From NCBI GenBank assembly GCA_046563655.1, contig CM102290.1:7564001-7628000 (forward strand): a DNA stretch of 64,000 bases, given 5' to 3'. This DNA is from Yuukianura sp. NJ FZ-2021. Lineage: Eukaryota. This document shows positions 12,506 through 27,200 of the stretch, piece by piece. Position numbers and translations under genes: made by a program. Positions within the stretch are counted from its first letter, which is position 1. Each line of letters opens with the position of its first letter. A model generated the notes under the pieces. The model was given only the letters and a program-made list of their open reading frames with translations, made no database searches and was not told the DNA's origin.

Positions 12506-13712
12506 ATGAATAAGTGGTTAAAATGTATCTGTCAAGTTTGTGGGCTCAAAAGCACAGAAGATGGGCTGGATGGTAAGGTCATGGTCATTAAATGCATCTT
12601 ATCTGTATTATAATGCTTTCGGCTGGGCCGTGGTCAGCAGCAGGTCTCAAGGGCTGTTGCGAATATATCCTCTTCTTGTTGAAACGGAAAATTCCCTGAC
12701 CAGATCAATATACTTTGACATTGACATATTTTTCTTTCTGGCTAATCTTAAGTTTAATAGCTGGTATGACTTCATAGGAACGAACAAATTCTTGGTCACA
12801 GCAGAGATTTAGTAGGTTTTTTTTTAGATTAAAAGTTGCAATAATATTTCATTGACGCCTTTATTGCTCAAAATTTTAGCGTTACTTTATAATCCTTTGC
12901 AAAAGTACCAGTTTTGCACGGTAAGCTTCTTCTGGGTAGTTCGAATTTAAATTAATCCCTATTTTTTATTCATAGCATACCGAGCAGAACCAGTTGCAAC
13001 TCCGGGCGAAGTGGAAGAAGAAGCAGAAGTACTGCCGCGCCCATTACGCAGCAACGACAGCAGCCCTACGTTGTCTTCCTCAAGTCCTTACATCCCAATT
13101 TCGGAGTGCATTACAGGGAACCCAATCTTGTCGAATGATTCGTCATCAGCGGGTCATGACACGGGATACTGCAACACAACTTTTTTCCCATTTCCACCCA
13201 GGGTTAACTGGGCAACACATCCCTCCAAACCAGAGTCTGATACCACACCGAGTCCAAGCAAGGTGGGGCCAATTGCTCCACCACGTCCACCCAAGAAGAA
13301 GTCATCACCGTCATTTGCCGGAAATCCAGTGACCCCTATCGCCATAAGCTCATGCACTAGCACTGAGAGCGTGAGAACAGTACCGACTCCGTCCTCTGCA
13401 TCTTCACGCACAGTTTTTCGATACGATAAATTCCATGATAATGAACCAGACCTCATGGGCACATATCTTCAGATTGATGCCAATACTGCCAGCACTGCTA
13501 CTGGTGGGACCGCTAAATTCCATATTAATTCCAAAGGAAACAGTCTGAAATTGAAAGACAAGGAAATGGGACTCCACGTCATTGAAAACAGTGGCGTTGA
13601 GTACAGGATGATTGACCATGTAAAGACAAGGGCCTTGAATCAAATGATCCAGGAACGTGAGGAGCAACTCAGTCGTCCCACAAATCCTACCATCAAATCT
13701 CTGCATCACTAA
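12506..13712 (+). CDS. dos: Gab/Dos (Grb2-associated binder / daughter of sevenless)-like docking protein, short (~267 aa)
   Basis: Exon 12506-12572 encodes MNKWLKCICQVCGL (compare GAB1 MNKWVRCICDICGF, the last PH helix) and splices in phase 1 to 12976-13712. That exon has SPYIPISECITG, the Grb2-SH3 motif APPRPPKK, and tandem SHP2/Csw-type tyrosines (TYLQID; VEYRMIDHVKTRAL). Internal microexons are possible. AATAAA at 14206. Confidence 0.78.
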
Positions 13713-15229
13713 ACGAATGAAAATATTTAGGAACGAACTAGTTTAAGATATCCATATATATTCCACATATATATTTAATTTATGCAATTTCTATTACGAA
13801 TGACTTCAAGCCTCGTGTTGACTATTTTACCGTAAAGGACAATCACAGGCGTAGGCACACTAAATTAGGGCACAATTAGTATGAGGCGTTTGTTCCAAAA
13901 TATTAATTTCTTTTCTGTAATTTGTAAGTGGACTTGTTGGTGGTGATGCCTAATAGCATAAACCCTTTTGCTAGCCCAGCATGAGCCCACTTTGACAATT
14001 TCTGTACGGAAAAGTATGTTCAAACAATTATATTAAGCATGAGACAATCATTCTTCCACTTTTTGAACACTATTTTTAACAATTGACGCAGGTCAGACAA
14101 AGAATAGCACTTATATTTTGAGTTAATCAAAACCCAGGTATGGGTTCACTACTTTCGTCCGCTTGTTATACCTTTGGCCCGCGACACAGTCTTCATATTA
14201 TATTTAATAAAATTTGATTATATTATTTTGAAACAAACTGTTTTTATTTTAGTAAAGTGATTTGGAATTGGTATAAAAATATAAAAGACGATTGCTTTTC
14301 AAATTTCGCGGCAAGACACCATTACCAGTCTCCATTGACGCGATATTGATTTGAAATGAAAAGGGCGGGAAAGGGTATTTGTAGAAGAACCGATCCCGTG
14401 CACAAACAACATTAAATCAATCTAAACTTAACCGCCGCTGTGCGGGGCTCAGTTTGTAGTGGAATGAAATAAATACTATGTACATAATGCGGAATCATCG
14501 ATGGGGAAGTTAATAATTATTGCTTAAAGAACGTAATTAACGATTAATATAACTTTCCGTCGATGAATTCTGTGTTCTCAAATACCAGGTTCAAGAAAAA
14601 AATAAATGGCAAAATTACAAAACTTCCAGTGCGATTTGGCAAATTTCGACAAGTTCAAATACTACGTGAATTCATAATTTTAATCAAAATTTCTTCTCAT
14701 AACTGTTAAAATTAATTAGTATGAGGTTTATCTTCACAGTAATTGAGTATCTAACTAATGTATACCCTGTGGCATAATGTGTTTTGATTGTTTATGCCAC
14801 TTCATGTACTTACGACTTAACACAAAACGACTTAAGTGCTGCACCTGTCAGGTTTTTAGGCAAACGTTCCTTATGTCAGGTTACAGTCACTAACGTTAAT
14901 TAAAAATTCGTGCTAAACGTACTAGTAAGGGAAACGTTTCCAAACGATTCGCAATTTAAAAAGTGGAATTGTATGAATGCAAAACGGTTTCGTCCGTGCG
15001 AAATGTAAATGCAAAATTCAAATGGTTTTGTTTAGTAAGTTTTACTAGGTCATGCACACCAACTTCCCGGCCATATTGAAATACAAGGCACGAGGGGGAA
15101 ACACCACAAAAACCATCTTCATCATCTCATCTCATTACCTTCGTCTCGCTCTCAAAAATACCAAACAATCGATTGAACTACTCCAGAATTAATTAGTCAC
15201 TTCCAGGATTTAGACATTGTGTCATCACC

Positions 15230-18200
15230 ATGAATCCAGCAGTCGCCACACTCAAAAATAAAAGCCTTCCTCCCAAGGAAAACGCCTTATTCAAAAGAAT
15301 ACTGGTAAGTTTGTTACATGGGCAATTGAAAACAATTCGGTGTTCTAGCAAAATGAATGTTAGTACCTGAACAATGATTACGGTTATAACTAAAAATTTG
15401 TGTATCCTAATGATTAGGACCTAATCTAAATAAGTAAATGAGTGTCATTTGGCTTGTCTATGGTCATAATAGACGACTTACTTACTCCTTCGTTTTGCTG
15501 TCACCGTTACCCTGTACGGACTCCTATTAATCTCATGTGTTTGTCGCCCGCCCCATGTCTTCCTGACATGCTAAATGTATTTGTTTGTTGTTGCAGAGAT
15601 GTTACGAACACAAACTGTACAAGAATGGTCTCAAGTTTGCGAAGCAAATCCTGAACAACCCGTTATTCTCGGAACATGCCGGTAAGAATGTACATTGTAC
15701 AATATCAAACGCCATACAAAACACTAGAACGGCTCTTGTTGAATAACATCAGCTGTTTAACTGCTTGGTAGCGTATTAACTAGATAAAGAGATAGAGTCT
15801 TTCTGCCCGGAAGTTCTGGGGCGTTTGCGTATGTGGATGTAGAAAATGTTTAAACTACGTTAGTTATGGGGCTGATTTACATTAAATGAAACCCAGTATA
15901 ATGTTCTCTTTGAATTTCAACAGAAACCCTCGCCATGAAAGGTCTAATACTTAACGCAATCGGGAGACGAGATGAAGCGTACGATTACGTTCGTAGAGGA
16001 CTCAAAAACGACGTAAAATCGCATACATGTTGGCATGTCTTTGGATTACTACAAGTAAGTAACCAAATTATAAACAGGAAAATGAACGTTCATTGTTTGG
16101 CCATCGTGTCTGTATTCCAATAATCTTTTTTGTGTTTCAGCGATCTGAAAGAAAGTACGATGAGGCTATAAAGTGTTATAGAAATGCTTTAAAATGCGAT
16201 CCAACCAACATTCAAATCCTTAGAGAATTGTCAGTTGCACAAATTCATATACGAGATCTCCGGGGATATCGAGTAAGATGGGTTTCGTTTGTCATTTCGT
16301 TTTACTTGTATTTTTTCGATTCCATTGAAAGATTGAAACTTGACTATTCTGATTCCAGGATACAAGAAATCAGCTGTTTAGTTTAAAACCAGCCCAGCGA
16401 GCATCTTGGATTGGGTTTGCTATGGCTTATCATCTAATACACGAGTATAAAATGGCAAATAGGATCTTAGAAGATTTTCGAAAGACCCAACAAACGGTAA
16501 GTCTAACCAAATATGTATTGAACTGAATGTCGTAAGAACTAAATTCATCTTGTGATTTCAGACGCCAACAGCCTACGATTACGAAAATAGCGAATTACTC
16601 ATGTATCAGAACTCAATTTTAGAAGAAAGCGGTGCTTTTTCTGAAGCTCTAGATCATTTACTTGCTAATATGGATAATATTTATGATAGAACAACGGTAC
16701 AAGAGACATTGGGTAAGTCTTGTTCTTGCTCTTATGTACTACATAACTGATAATTAATGGTAATGGTTGTCATATCCGGTGCTAAAAATAATTTTGTTTT
16801 TGGTAAACAGGAAGGCTATATTTCAGACTGAATCAACCTAGGGAAGCAGTACCAATTTTTGAGAAACTATTAGCGAGTAATCCCGATGACGCGGGATACT
16901 ATCGCGGTCTTGAGAAGGCATTGGGCATTGAAGAGTCCACCGAGAAGAAGTTGGCCTTGTACAAAGAATACGAAGAAAAGTTTCCACGCTCAAATCTTCC
17001 TCGCCGACTTCCGCTAGACTGCACAACAGGCGATGAGTTCCTGTCTTATTTGAGGCCTTATATGCTGACAACGTTTGCCAAAGGAGTTCCACCACTGTTT
17101 ACTGACCTTCGTTCTTTGTACGCCGATGCCGAGAAAGCAAAGATAATTGAAAATTTAGTCTTGGAAACAGTCGATGAGTTGGAGAAACTGAGGAGGCTGG
17201 ACACAGGTACGTGAATTCTCAAAGACTGCTTCTACGGTTTGAGAGTAATGATTTTCCATGTATTCCTTTAAATGATGATTAACTTGAGCTTGATGAGAGG
17301 TTTTGATTACAATGTAACTCTGACTTAAAATATTGTAACTAATCAGAGCATTATTTTTTTAACGAGGAATATTTAGCTTTTATTTTCTGTTTTATTTAGA
17401 CTCTGTGACACCTAAATCCCTAACTAGCCACTCTGCAAAGTCTGAAGGTCAGTTCATATAGGAATACGTTTTATATATCTAGTACACACTGTTGTTTCAA
17501 ATTATCTATGTTCTTACACATGGCTTGTGACATTTACGCATAATTTACTAACGTTTTCTCTATTTGACAGATTCTTCAAATATTCCGCCAGCTTCCACTC
17601 TTCTATGGGCATACTTCTATTTAGCTCAACACTACGATTATTTCGAAAATTCGGAAACCGCACTGAAATATGTAAACAAAGCAATTGAACACACGCCTAC
17701 CCTCATCGAACTCTTTAGTTGTAAGGCTAAAATCCTAAAACATGCTGGAGAACTTGAACAAGCTGCGGATATTATGGATGAAGCAAGGGAGTTGGATACG
17801 GCTGATCGATTCCTCAATTCAAAAAGTGCCAAGTACCACTTACGAGCTAACAGGATAGACGTAGCTGCGGAAGTCTGCGGCAAGTTTACTAGAGTGCGTT
17901 CACAATTTTAATTCTGAATTTCTGAAATGATTATTGGCGAATGTTATATTATTCCTTTGATTCTCGTAGGAAGGAACAAATCCGGTGGATAATCTGAATG
18001 AGATGCAGTGCATGTGGTTTCAGACTGAATGTGCCCTGGCGTATCAGAGAACACAACAATGGGGAGAAGCTCTAAGGAAATGTCACGAAGTAGATAGGGT
18101 GAGTAACTTTTCATTTTTGTGGTGCTTTACCAGTGTCTTATCTTGGAATTGATCATTCTTTGATCGAAATGATGCTTATTCCAATGGATCCTTCTGAACT

Positions 18201-21200
18201 CAAAATTCTGATGTTACCATTGTACTCACTGATCTTAAAAATTACAAAAATTGTAATACCGGTGTGCTATTAGTACTGTTTGTTTTCAGACTTAATTTAT
18301 GTTTAATTATTTTGCAGCATTTTACTGAAATTGTGGACGACCAGTACGATTTTCACACATACTGTCTAAGAAAAATGACGCTTAAATCCTATGTTCAACT
18401 GCTCCGGCTAGAAGACGTTTTGCGTTCTCATCCATTCTACTTTAAAGCTGCCAAGTAAGCCAACGTTAACTTTTATTTTTCAAAATAGCATCCTCATAGG
18501 CTGAAGAGTCTGACGCTTTTTTTTATGTAAAAACAAAAGTTCTTTAAGAAATTGCTGCTCATTTTGATCATTTCTAATTTCAGATGTGCAATCGAGGTCT
18601 ACCTACATTTATACGACAACCCATTGAAAGATAGTTCAAACGATGAGCAAGCCGCCACCGGTGAGTTATACAACGTAAACTTTTGTTTTTCCCACGCTTT
18701 TACCTCTTGTGGGAACGTCACTAATTTATAATGCATGTATTTACATGACAATTCCACGCAGTTGAAATCAATGTGCCAGGGACAGTAGCATTTTCGTTCA
18801 TTAGTAACGTCATTAGGCTATCTGAACGCTGACGATGTAGGTGTGAAATCAGAAATAACTTGCCAGTGTCTTCCCTGATCTATGTTTAGATTGGCAGAGA
18901 TATCGTATTCTCCCAGGATGTTTAGTTCTAAATCAGATTAGGGGAAAGTTGATGAGAGCTGAAGGGCGATTGCATGCTGAGTATCAGATTTTGAAAATGC
19001 AACAGTATTTGTCCCACGGAATTGTGAGATTAATCGAAATTTCAGAGAGAAAAGTGACCTTTGAAACATATTGTCATGTTAGGTTTGGTTCCAGCGTTTT
19101 TCGACGGCGATGTACGAAATTATTGTTTTAGAAAATACATTTTTAATTCATAATTCGGACATCTTACGAAAGAACTTTAATAATTTCTCAGGCTCATTTT
19201 GTTAAGAATTAATTGGCATAGTGTTTCTTGGCTTGAGCTTCACTTTTAGTCTCCGGAAGGACGTCTTTGGTTAGAAGGGAAGGATTTGTGCTTTATTATC
19301 TTGCACCGACAGGAATTATCTGTATAATACTTAATTGAATTGCTTAATTAGCAGCTTCCGATTTCCATTGACTCTGTCCGTTATTTTGTTCACATTCACA
19401 AGAAAAAATTAGTTTGGATCCGCTCTTGGCATCTTCGTCTTAATGTAATTGGTTGGTTAGTGACAATGGCCTTTCAGCGCCAAACATAACATTTCCTATG
19501 TACAGAAAAATCCAAGTTTGGGCGAGAATTGGCAAGTGGAGGTTTAAGACTTAGTTTCGAAGATCTAAGCTTTAAGATGTTTAAAAACCTGAATAATCTA
19601 AAGGATTTTCTGGAGTAATTATGTAGATTTTCATATTTGAAAGTAAAAGTTTCCTTCAAAGTGAAGGGCAAGCATATAATTGTCGGTAGTAATTTTGACA
19701 ATTCATCTGGTTCAGCCATTTTTGCAAAGCGGCGTCTCGTCTGATTGGTGACTTTACTTCTTGAAGATTGTAAAAAGTAATTGCGAACATGATTGCGTCA
19801 ATGTTGCTTGCTGCTTGATTAATACTCTTGTCCTGTCCGGAATCCTGATTAAAATCCGGATTCTTGGGTCGCTTTTACAGACTGGTTTGGAGAATGAGTT
19901 TTGGTTTTGTTTTTGGCGTTCACATTGTTTTTTGAAGTTGGGAATTTTAAAAGTTCTGCGAAGATGACGCAGCTTGTTGAAAAAATTGCTTTGTTTGTCT
20001 TGTACGAACACGCGAAATGGTTTAATAGCAAAGTCAGTTTCTGGTTTCCTGCTCTGGATTTTTTCAATTCTATTTCGGATAAAGGTTCATCTCTCACGTT
20101 TGTCTATTGTTTTATTAGTACTTTTCATCTAACCACATCGTAACAAAAATGGATAATATTATTCATGAGTTGTTTGACAGTGACTACTCATAATAACATC
20201 GTAAACTTTGGTTATACTAATATTTTGCAATTCAGTTTCTAACTTTATAGCAACGTGGCGCTACAGTAAAAGTTTACGTTGCGTATCCTGGCATCTTTTA
20301 GGCGGAAATGAGCATGTATAAATTTCCGAAGCTAATTATTTTGCCAAATGGAAGTTGAGAAAACGATATTATTTGTTTAACAGTGAGTTCTTACGTGTCC
20401 ATGTCATTTCTGCTTTAATGTAGTCCTTGAATTTGTAGCCAACCAAGAAGCAGTTTTGTTTGTCTCTCCTTGGCTTGGTACTTGACTCCGCTAGGCGTTA
20501 AACACTTGAGTGAAATTGAAAGGAGTCCATCCGGAAATTGGATTTGGACCAATTCTTGTCACTTACCTATCTTACATTAAATTCTTCAAACGTCATCTTC
20601 GTATGCTCTTAGAGATGACATGGGAGAGAGATGCAATCAAATCAAGCTTTTGTTTTGTAATTGGAGCTCTCATTGCATTAGCATTTTAAACATCTCTTCC
20701 TCTTTTCAACTGTTTCGTCTTAGAGATCATTTGTGTGGCAATGGATTTAAGAGAGTCATTTTTGTTATGCGTAACCTTCTGTTGTCTCTATTAACACAGC
20801 GTGGCATTATACTCGACGAAAAGTGTCATTTGTCGTTGAGAATTCTTTAGGAAAATGGTGTTGATGGTGGCAGTGTTTTTGTTGTATTTGGGCTGATGAT
20901 GCAAGAGGCTTGGGGACAAATGGGAATTAACTCAGAATTTATAATGTTGTTATTTGCTAACCTCGTTCCTTCTGTGTTTGTTTATTGTGGTTGACGTGTC
21001 TGTCTATGCGTCGTGCGTGGTTAAACTGAATCTGATGAGGGTAGCAAATTGGGAAGCTTGTGGTTTTTGGACTGGTTGAATGATTTTCGTCAAAGATGGA
21101 GATCATAAAATTGTCGTCGTCATTGTTTCCTTGCATTGCTGCATTTTGTATAGTATGTGTAAAGAAAATGAGATCAGAAAAAGGCTTGTTGCAGTTTCAT

Positions 21201-24200
21201 TTTGGCAGTCTGTAGTTCTTCCCTTGGGGCCCTTTGCTATCCTACTGAAATTGCAGTAGTAGTGCTAAATGCAATAAATTATAAACAACTAAATGCTGTT
21301 AAAGTGCTCCCCATTTGAAGACTCTTGGATTTTGACGAAATCTATGAACATGTTGGGTTTGGTTCCATTTTAAAAAGACAGGATTGTGTCCTAATGATAC
21401 AGTCTACTTAGCAGCTAACAATCTGATGTACATTAAACCACCCCTTGTATCAATTGTTATAACGGCGGCTTCCGCAAATTGCTCAAAGTAAACTAAACTT
21501 CTCTCGTCTGACTTCGACTTGACTTGACCAACGGACTTTGCACTTGAAATGAATTTGGTCATTTAATAATAAGTGATATTATCTTCTAATTATTTTGCCC
21601 TTTTGTAACGTAATACGTTTAAATGAAGTAAGTAAGGGCGTGGCATTTTAAACTAAATGTCTTACTTTGAGACACAAAATTAAGTTAGGGAAAGATGCTG
21701 GTTGGTGGTTCTCCTGTTTCCTGATTATACTAATTTTTTGGGCCTCATTTTCCTAATTTCTGTTTTTTCATTTGCACAAACAAATACTACAAAAAGTGGG
21801 AAATGTCAATTCAATGTTAGGCAAGGGAAATAAAATGAAAAGTTGCTTTGTAGTGGTTTTGAAGTGTTTCAATTGACATGATTTGGTTTAATAAAGACCT
21901 TGTTGAATTTGACTTACTACTGGTTCAGCCCTTAATAAAATATTAGCAATGATATATAGGGCGGAGTGCGTAATCGTAAGGTAGCATTCATTTTTTTTGT
22001 AAAGGAACCACGCCTTAACTTAATACAAGACCTACGATTTGAATTTTGAAGGTGAATGTGAAGTAAGAATCTACGAAATTATGCCGTGCTTGTAATTGGA
22101 GTTGAGCTGTTTCTGTTTGCCATTATAAGATCAAAAGTTCTTCAAAGTGGCACTTCAAAATGGCGTGGTGGAGGGCCAAACTAAAGTGACTGTTAAAATT
22201 AACCTTTAAAAGTTTATTTTTTTTCACCAATCTTTTTTTGGTTCATGCCCTGTAGCCGTCATAGTATACAGTTGCCATTGCCACTGTGCCAATCATATCC
22301 TCCCAAATCGAAGAAAAAAATGAAGTTGACCCAGTTTTTAAAAGAAAAAAACTGATCTGATATTTTGATGAAGGATTTGGATTACTCAATTCATTGAAAA
22401 AAAAAGATAGGTGACATTCTAACACGTTTCCAACTTTTGACTGATGAGGTGATCACAAGGAAATGAATTTTGAAGTGATCAAGTTATGTTTTAGTAGTTT
22501 GCGTATGTTTAGGACTCCTCAGGGCACTTAAAACCTCTCAACACTATCTTCTTAATATGTAAAGTCCTCATTAATCTTAAGTGTGCATGACTAATTGACT
22601 CTCTCACACGTTCTTGGACTATAATAAACCTCTGGTAACTCTTTCAATAATACACTTTTCAAGTGGATTGTAAAAGTGTTAGTGTCATGACTCGGACATT
22701 TGTAGACATTCATTGATTACACTCTGAAGGAAAAAATGACAAATGACTTTTTGTGGACAACTGAAAAATGAAGACTTTCTGTCTTTGTTTTTCAGTTTTT
22801 TTTTTATTTTCGAAAGTTACAATTTCTTGATTCTTTATTGACGCTTAATTTTTCTTTTTCAATGGATCTACTATACTAGTTACTTAAGAATTGGTATGAC
22901 TAATAGATTTAATTTAATTTTTTATTATTTTTCTTATATATAAAAGTCATTCAATTTGATTTTTAAATGTGTAATTTAACGCAAGTTACAACAAAATAAC
23001 AGTTGAAGTGCTGAAATCACAACAATTCATGGGATACAGAAAGTGGGAATTCTAAAGCAAATTTTTCATTTTTTTAGTTTCTGACGGCGGTTTAACAAAG
23101 TTTATAGAAATTATGGATAATTTTAGGTTTGGGAATTGAAGCTTGGGTAAAATATTGTCAACAAGGATTTTGTCACATAAGTAATTTTTTACACAATAGA
23201 AAGAATTAGTGACACAATTTTTGAAAAATACAGAAAAACTAAACACATAGTTTTTGAGAGTTGCGGTAAAAAAAAAACTGAGAGCAGTTCACAATTTGTA
23301 AAGGTTACAAATATTTGTCGATTGTCCTCCTGAATGGATTCTAGAGCTACCTTTGAAATAATTTGTGGTGAGCGTGTAGATTGTTGATGGTGGTTTTTAG
23401 ATTTTGAGATTGAAGTGTGAATGGGAAATGGAAGCTTTTAGTGGAATATAGTGGTGATTTGTGAATTTGCTCAAGCGATTCCTTTTGTGGTATGGCGAAT
23501 GTCATTGAATTTTGACGAATAATAAGTGTATATTGTAACCTAAAGAACCTTCTGATCTCTCTAAAAACCAAATTTCCTCCTCCTGTAGTACGCCAAAGGT
23601 TAGAGGAACTTGCGACAAATATTTTTAAAATGGAGGAACCAAGCCTCTCCCTTAGGCCTAACAATTAAAAAAACGTTTTTGAAAGTACCCCCTCCAACCC
23701 CTACATCCTCCTCCCTTAACTAATGTATGAAAATCGATCAATCTTTGATCGCAATTTCTAATTGAATGTAAGTCTATAGAAATCATTTTAAACGGCTTAC
23801 GGATAAACAAGTAACTGACGTTGTGTAGTTGCCGATGATGACCAAAACAATGAGGATGCAAAAAATTGGAGTACATTAATTTTTTAAGTTCTGTATAATT
23901 TTTTGTTCTGACATAAAAAATTTTGTATGACATACGGACATAAATTTTTTGTTGTTCTGCCGTTTAAATTGTTTCGACGTAGAGGAAAATGATTTCAGTT
24001 TGCAACTAACGTTATGTTGGATAAAAAAAATCTGTTTGCCATCAGCTACTTACTTCCAAGAAGACTTCCTCTTTAAATTTTCCCTTTCACTGTTCTCGTA
24101 TTCTTCCCATGTATGTAAACTACTTATTAAAGTCGGTCGGTTGTTTTGCTTCCAACTCCCCATTTGTGCCCATTGTAAAAAGTAATTAATTGTTATTGAG

Positions 24201-27200
24201 TAAGTGACAGTTATATAATTTTTCTCAGGTCATAGTATGCATGGTCATGTGGGATCGTCAACATATTTCTTTGGTTTGTGTTGCTAGGTTATAGACTACA
24301 ATATACAAAAAAAGACGATTACATTATGTTGGCAAAGTGCTAATCAAAGCCGAATCTTGTAACTGAATCCTCCAGGCCCACCGCGTTCAAAGGCATAGAA
24401 ACTTCCTTGTGGCGGATGTGGACTAAGGCTTAGTTCCCCTCTAGGTTCTGTTCCATAGATTCCGCTTGGTGTAGGGCCGGCCTTGAGAATTGACCTTGTG
24501 GCCACAGTCTCGGACTCCCTATTGTACGGTGGTAGTGGTTCCCTAAAGATGACCAAGAAATTTTGCAATTAGCTGCATGTACTATATGTACACAACACCT
24601 ACTACCATGACATAATGACACTTTAAGACCCTAACGAACTTAAGTTTACTCTTATGCAATGAATGAGGCGTACAATGGAAAATTAAGAATCGGTTGGGCA
24701 TGGATGCCTTTCACAAGTACAGTATAGCGTTTTCTAATTCCTTGCCTACCTAACGACGTAAGTCACGTTAAACCAAAATTTTTTCATAATTTAGGTATTT
24801 TTAAAAGTAATATAAAAGGAGCAAGAGAGTGACGAGGCGTCGAGGTCGTTTTGACTCAGATGAGATGCACTTGAATTAAGGAAAGGAACCTTAGAATTTT
24901 ACACCTTCACAATAGGGGATAAAGAAATCAACGCAAACGTAGGGCAAATCAAACGTTTCTTGGTAGTATTTGTTCCCCCAAGTTGCAAAATTTTGAATTT
25001 GGTTTTTTGTTTTTCATTGTTTTCTAATGGGTAGTGATGAGTGACACTTGAGGGAGTTTAGGTTACAAAACAAAACAAGGTTTGACCTTTGTAAAGGGAT
25101 TTGTTTCCTATTAGTTTTGCCTTTGAATTGTAGACTCCTTCCGTTGAACATTACGTAATCGTTCTGTTCCTACCAATAAATTGTTGTAAATGATCATTTA
25201 CATTCTATGGTACTTGCTTCTTTTTTTTTTTGCTACGTTGATTAATTAGCTTGAGAGGGTAATTAAGTGGCCTCATACTTTATTTTTGAGCATCTACAAA
25301 AGAAATATGGAACTTTTGTATAAAAAATACTCTTGGGCCATTCGATTTGTTAAGCGTCTTTGAGTTACGCAGAGGATTTGGTTTTTGTAAACCTTGTTTA
25401 CAGCCTGTCCGTTAATTCCACTTCACGCAATGACGAATTTACTTAATGAATTCAATGCTAAAAATTTTTTTACGTGGATGACACAACTATGATTTCATTT
25501 TTTTTTCTGAGAATGTTGTTAGTATATAGTTGGAATAAATTTTGTGCAACCGGACTTTGATCTGGATCTGTCAAGGCCAAAAAGGAGTGAATGTTTAAAT
25601 GTAGAGCACAAATATATCATAGTAACTCAAAATGTCAAAAAAAAGCATGTTGGGATTAATTGAGCCATTTACTGTTGAAGTTTTGCAAAATTTTTGCAAA
25701 GGGACAATGGAAGTGATTCATAATAAATTTAGGTCGCTGAATGGCTAACTACACTTGTACGAATTAAACTGTTTTTCCTGTGTGCTCGTGTCGATGAATC
25801 AAAATCTTTGCTAATTTGCTTAGTTTGCCAAAAATGGGTTTGTGAGTTGAGTTGATTGTGTCTATTGAATTGTACGCGCGTATTAAAAAAGCAGATACGG
25901 TTTTCATACCTGTAGTTGACGAGAACGTCAGCATGAAGTGGCACTACCTGTCCCCGTGCGTCTTGTGGGAGTTGCTGTATGTTGTAATAAGTGTTTTGTG
26001 GTTGTTGTTGATATTGCTGTTGCTGTTGTTGATATTGTTGGTTCGGTTGATAGAATGCTTGTTGCTGAAGTGAAGGTGTAAGGAATTGGGTGGTGAAAGT
26101 TCCTGGACTGTTTCCATCAGGGCTTCGGAAAAAGGCGTTGGGAATGAATTGTCCTGCGAGCGTAGTTCGGTATTGGCTGATCGGAGAGTAATAGCCTTGA
26201 CCTTCTGGACCTTGATATAAAAATGGATTTGTGTAGAATTGAGGTGTTGGCTGCTGTTGTTGAAGTAGTTGTTGCTGAATTCTAGAACGTTCGCTGTTAG
26301 TATTTTCATCTGGAAATATAACTCTTGATCTTGTTCGTTTCTTGGGGATAACGGAAGGTTGTTGGGAATTGTATGTTGGATTAGGAATTCCTGATGAATG
26401 GAACGATTGTTGTGGAAATGAAGTAACTGTAGGCTGAATCTGAATTGTATTCGGAGTGAAAGTTGGGCTAGGAGACTGTTGTTGACCGGTTTGGAGAAAT
26501 GGATTAGGCTGAGTTAGTTCGTAAAGTTGTTGTTGGTTATTAGAAGTAGGCTTGTTTTGAGTAGTTTTTCCAGTTCCGGTTGTCAAATAGGTTGGAGTTG
26601 GGGATACTCCCGGATTTTGGTAATAGGGATCCTGTTGGTAAAAGAAAGCTTGACCTTGGTCGTTGAGATTTTGAAGTGGACGGTGAAATTGGCCAGTGGA
26701 GGTGTATTGATTTTGGTTTGGGGGACTGTTAGTGTAAACTGAAGGAGTAAGTTGTTGTAAAATGGGATTTACACTGGGAAACACTGGATTAAATTGATAC
26801 TGCGGAGATTGTGGTTCAGCAGGTCGAATTTGGCTGTGACCTTGTTGACCGACGAAGGGAGATTTCGGTTGTTTTCGGCCAGGTTTTTTCTTTTTAGAAT
26901 ATTCATAGTCTAGTGGTGGGTCACTACTTGTAGTTTGAGATTGGACAGCACGGTTAGGGTAGCCGAGTTCATCAAATGCGGGGGTAGGCGTTACGTTAAT
27001 TTTGTCTTCACCACGTGCTGCTGCTGCTTCAGCAGCAATTTCCGCTAGTGTTTTCAGTTTTCCGTGAACGTAGAGATAGTTGAGCGGTTTGGGGGTTGAA
27101 GAAACTTTGCGAGGGGTGAAAACTATTGGTTTGGGGGTGGAGATTGGCAGCGCTTGGACTGGAGTTTCACTGTTCACTTCCTCACTGCTCGTCTTGAGAG

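Noticed and set aside
12778..12920. Two apparent small exons (12778-12811, 12880-12920) in the dos intron
   Set aside because: Including both introduces TAA and either alone shifts the frame. A 15-nt (12906-12920) or 9-nt variant would fit but cannot be supported without transcripts.
18949..23950. Several 60-105 aa ORFs on both strands in the NAA15 long intron, suggesting a second nested gene
   Set aside because: No recognisable motifs, mostly non-ATG starts, AT-driven composition and no phase-consistent exon chain found. A lncRNA cannot be excluded.
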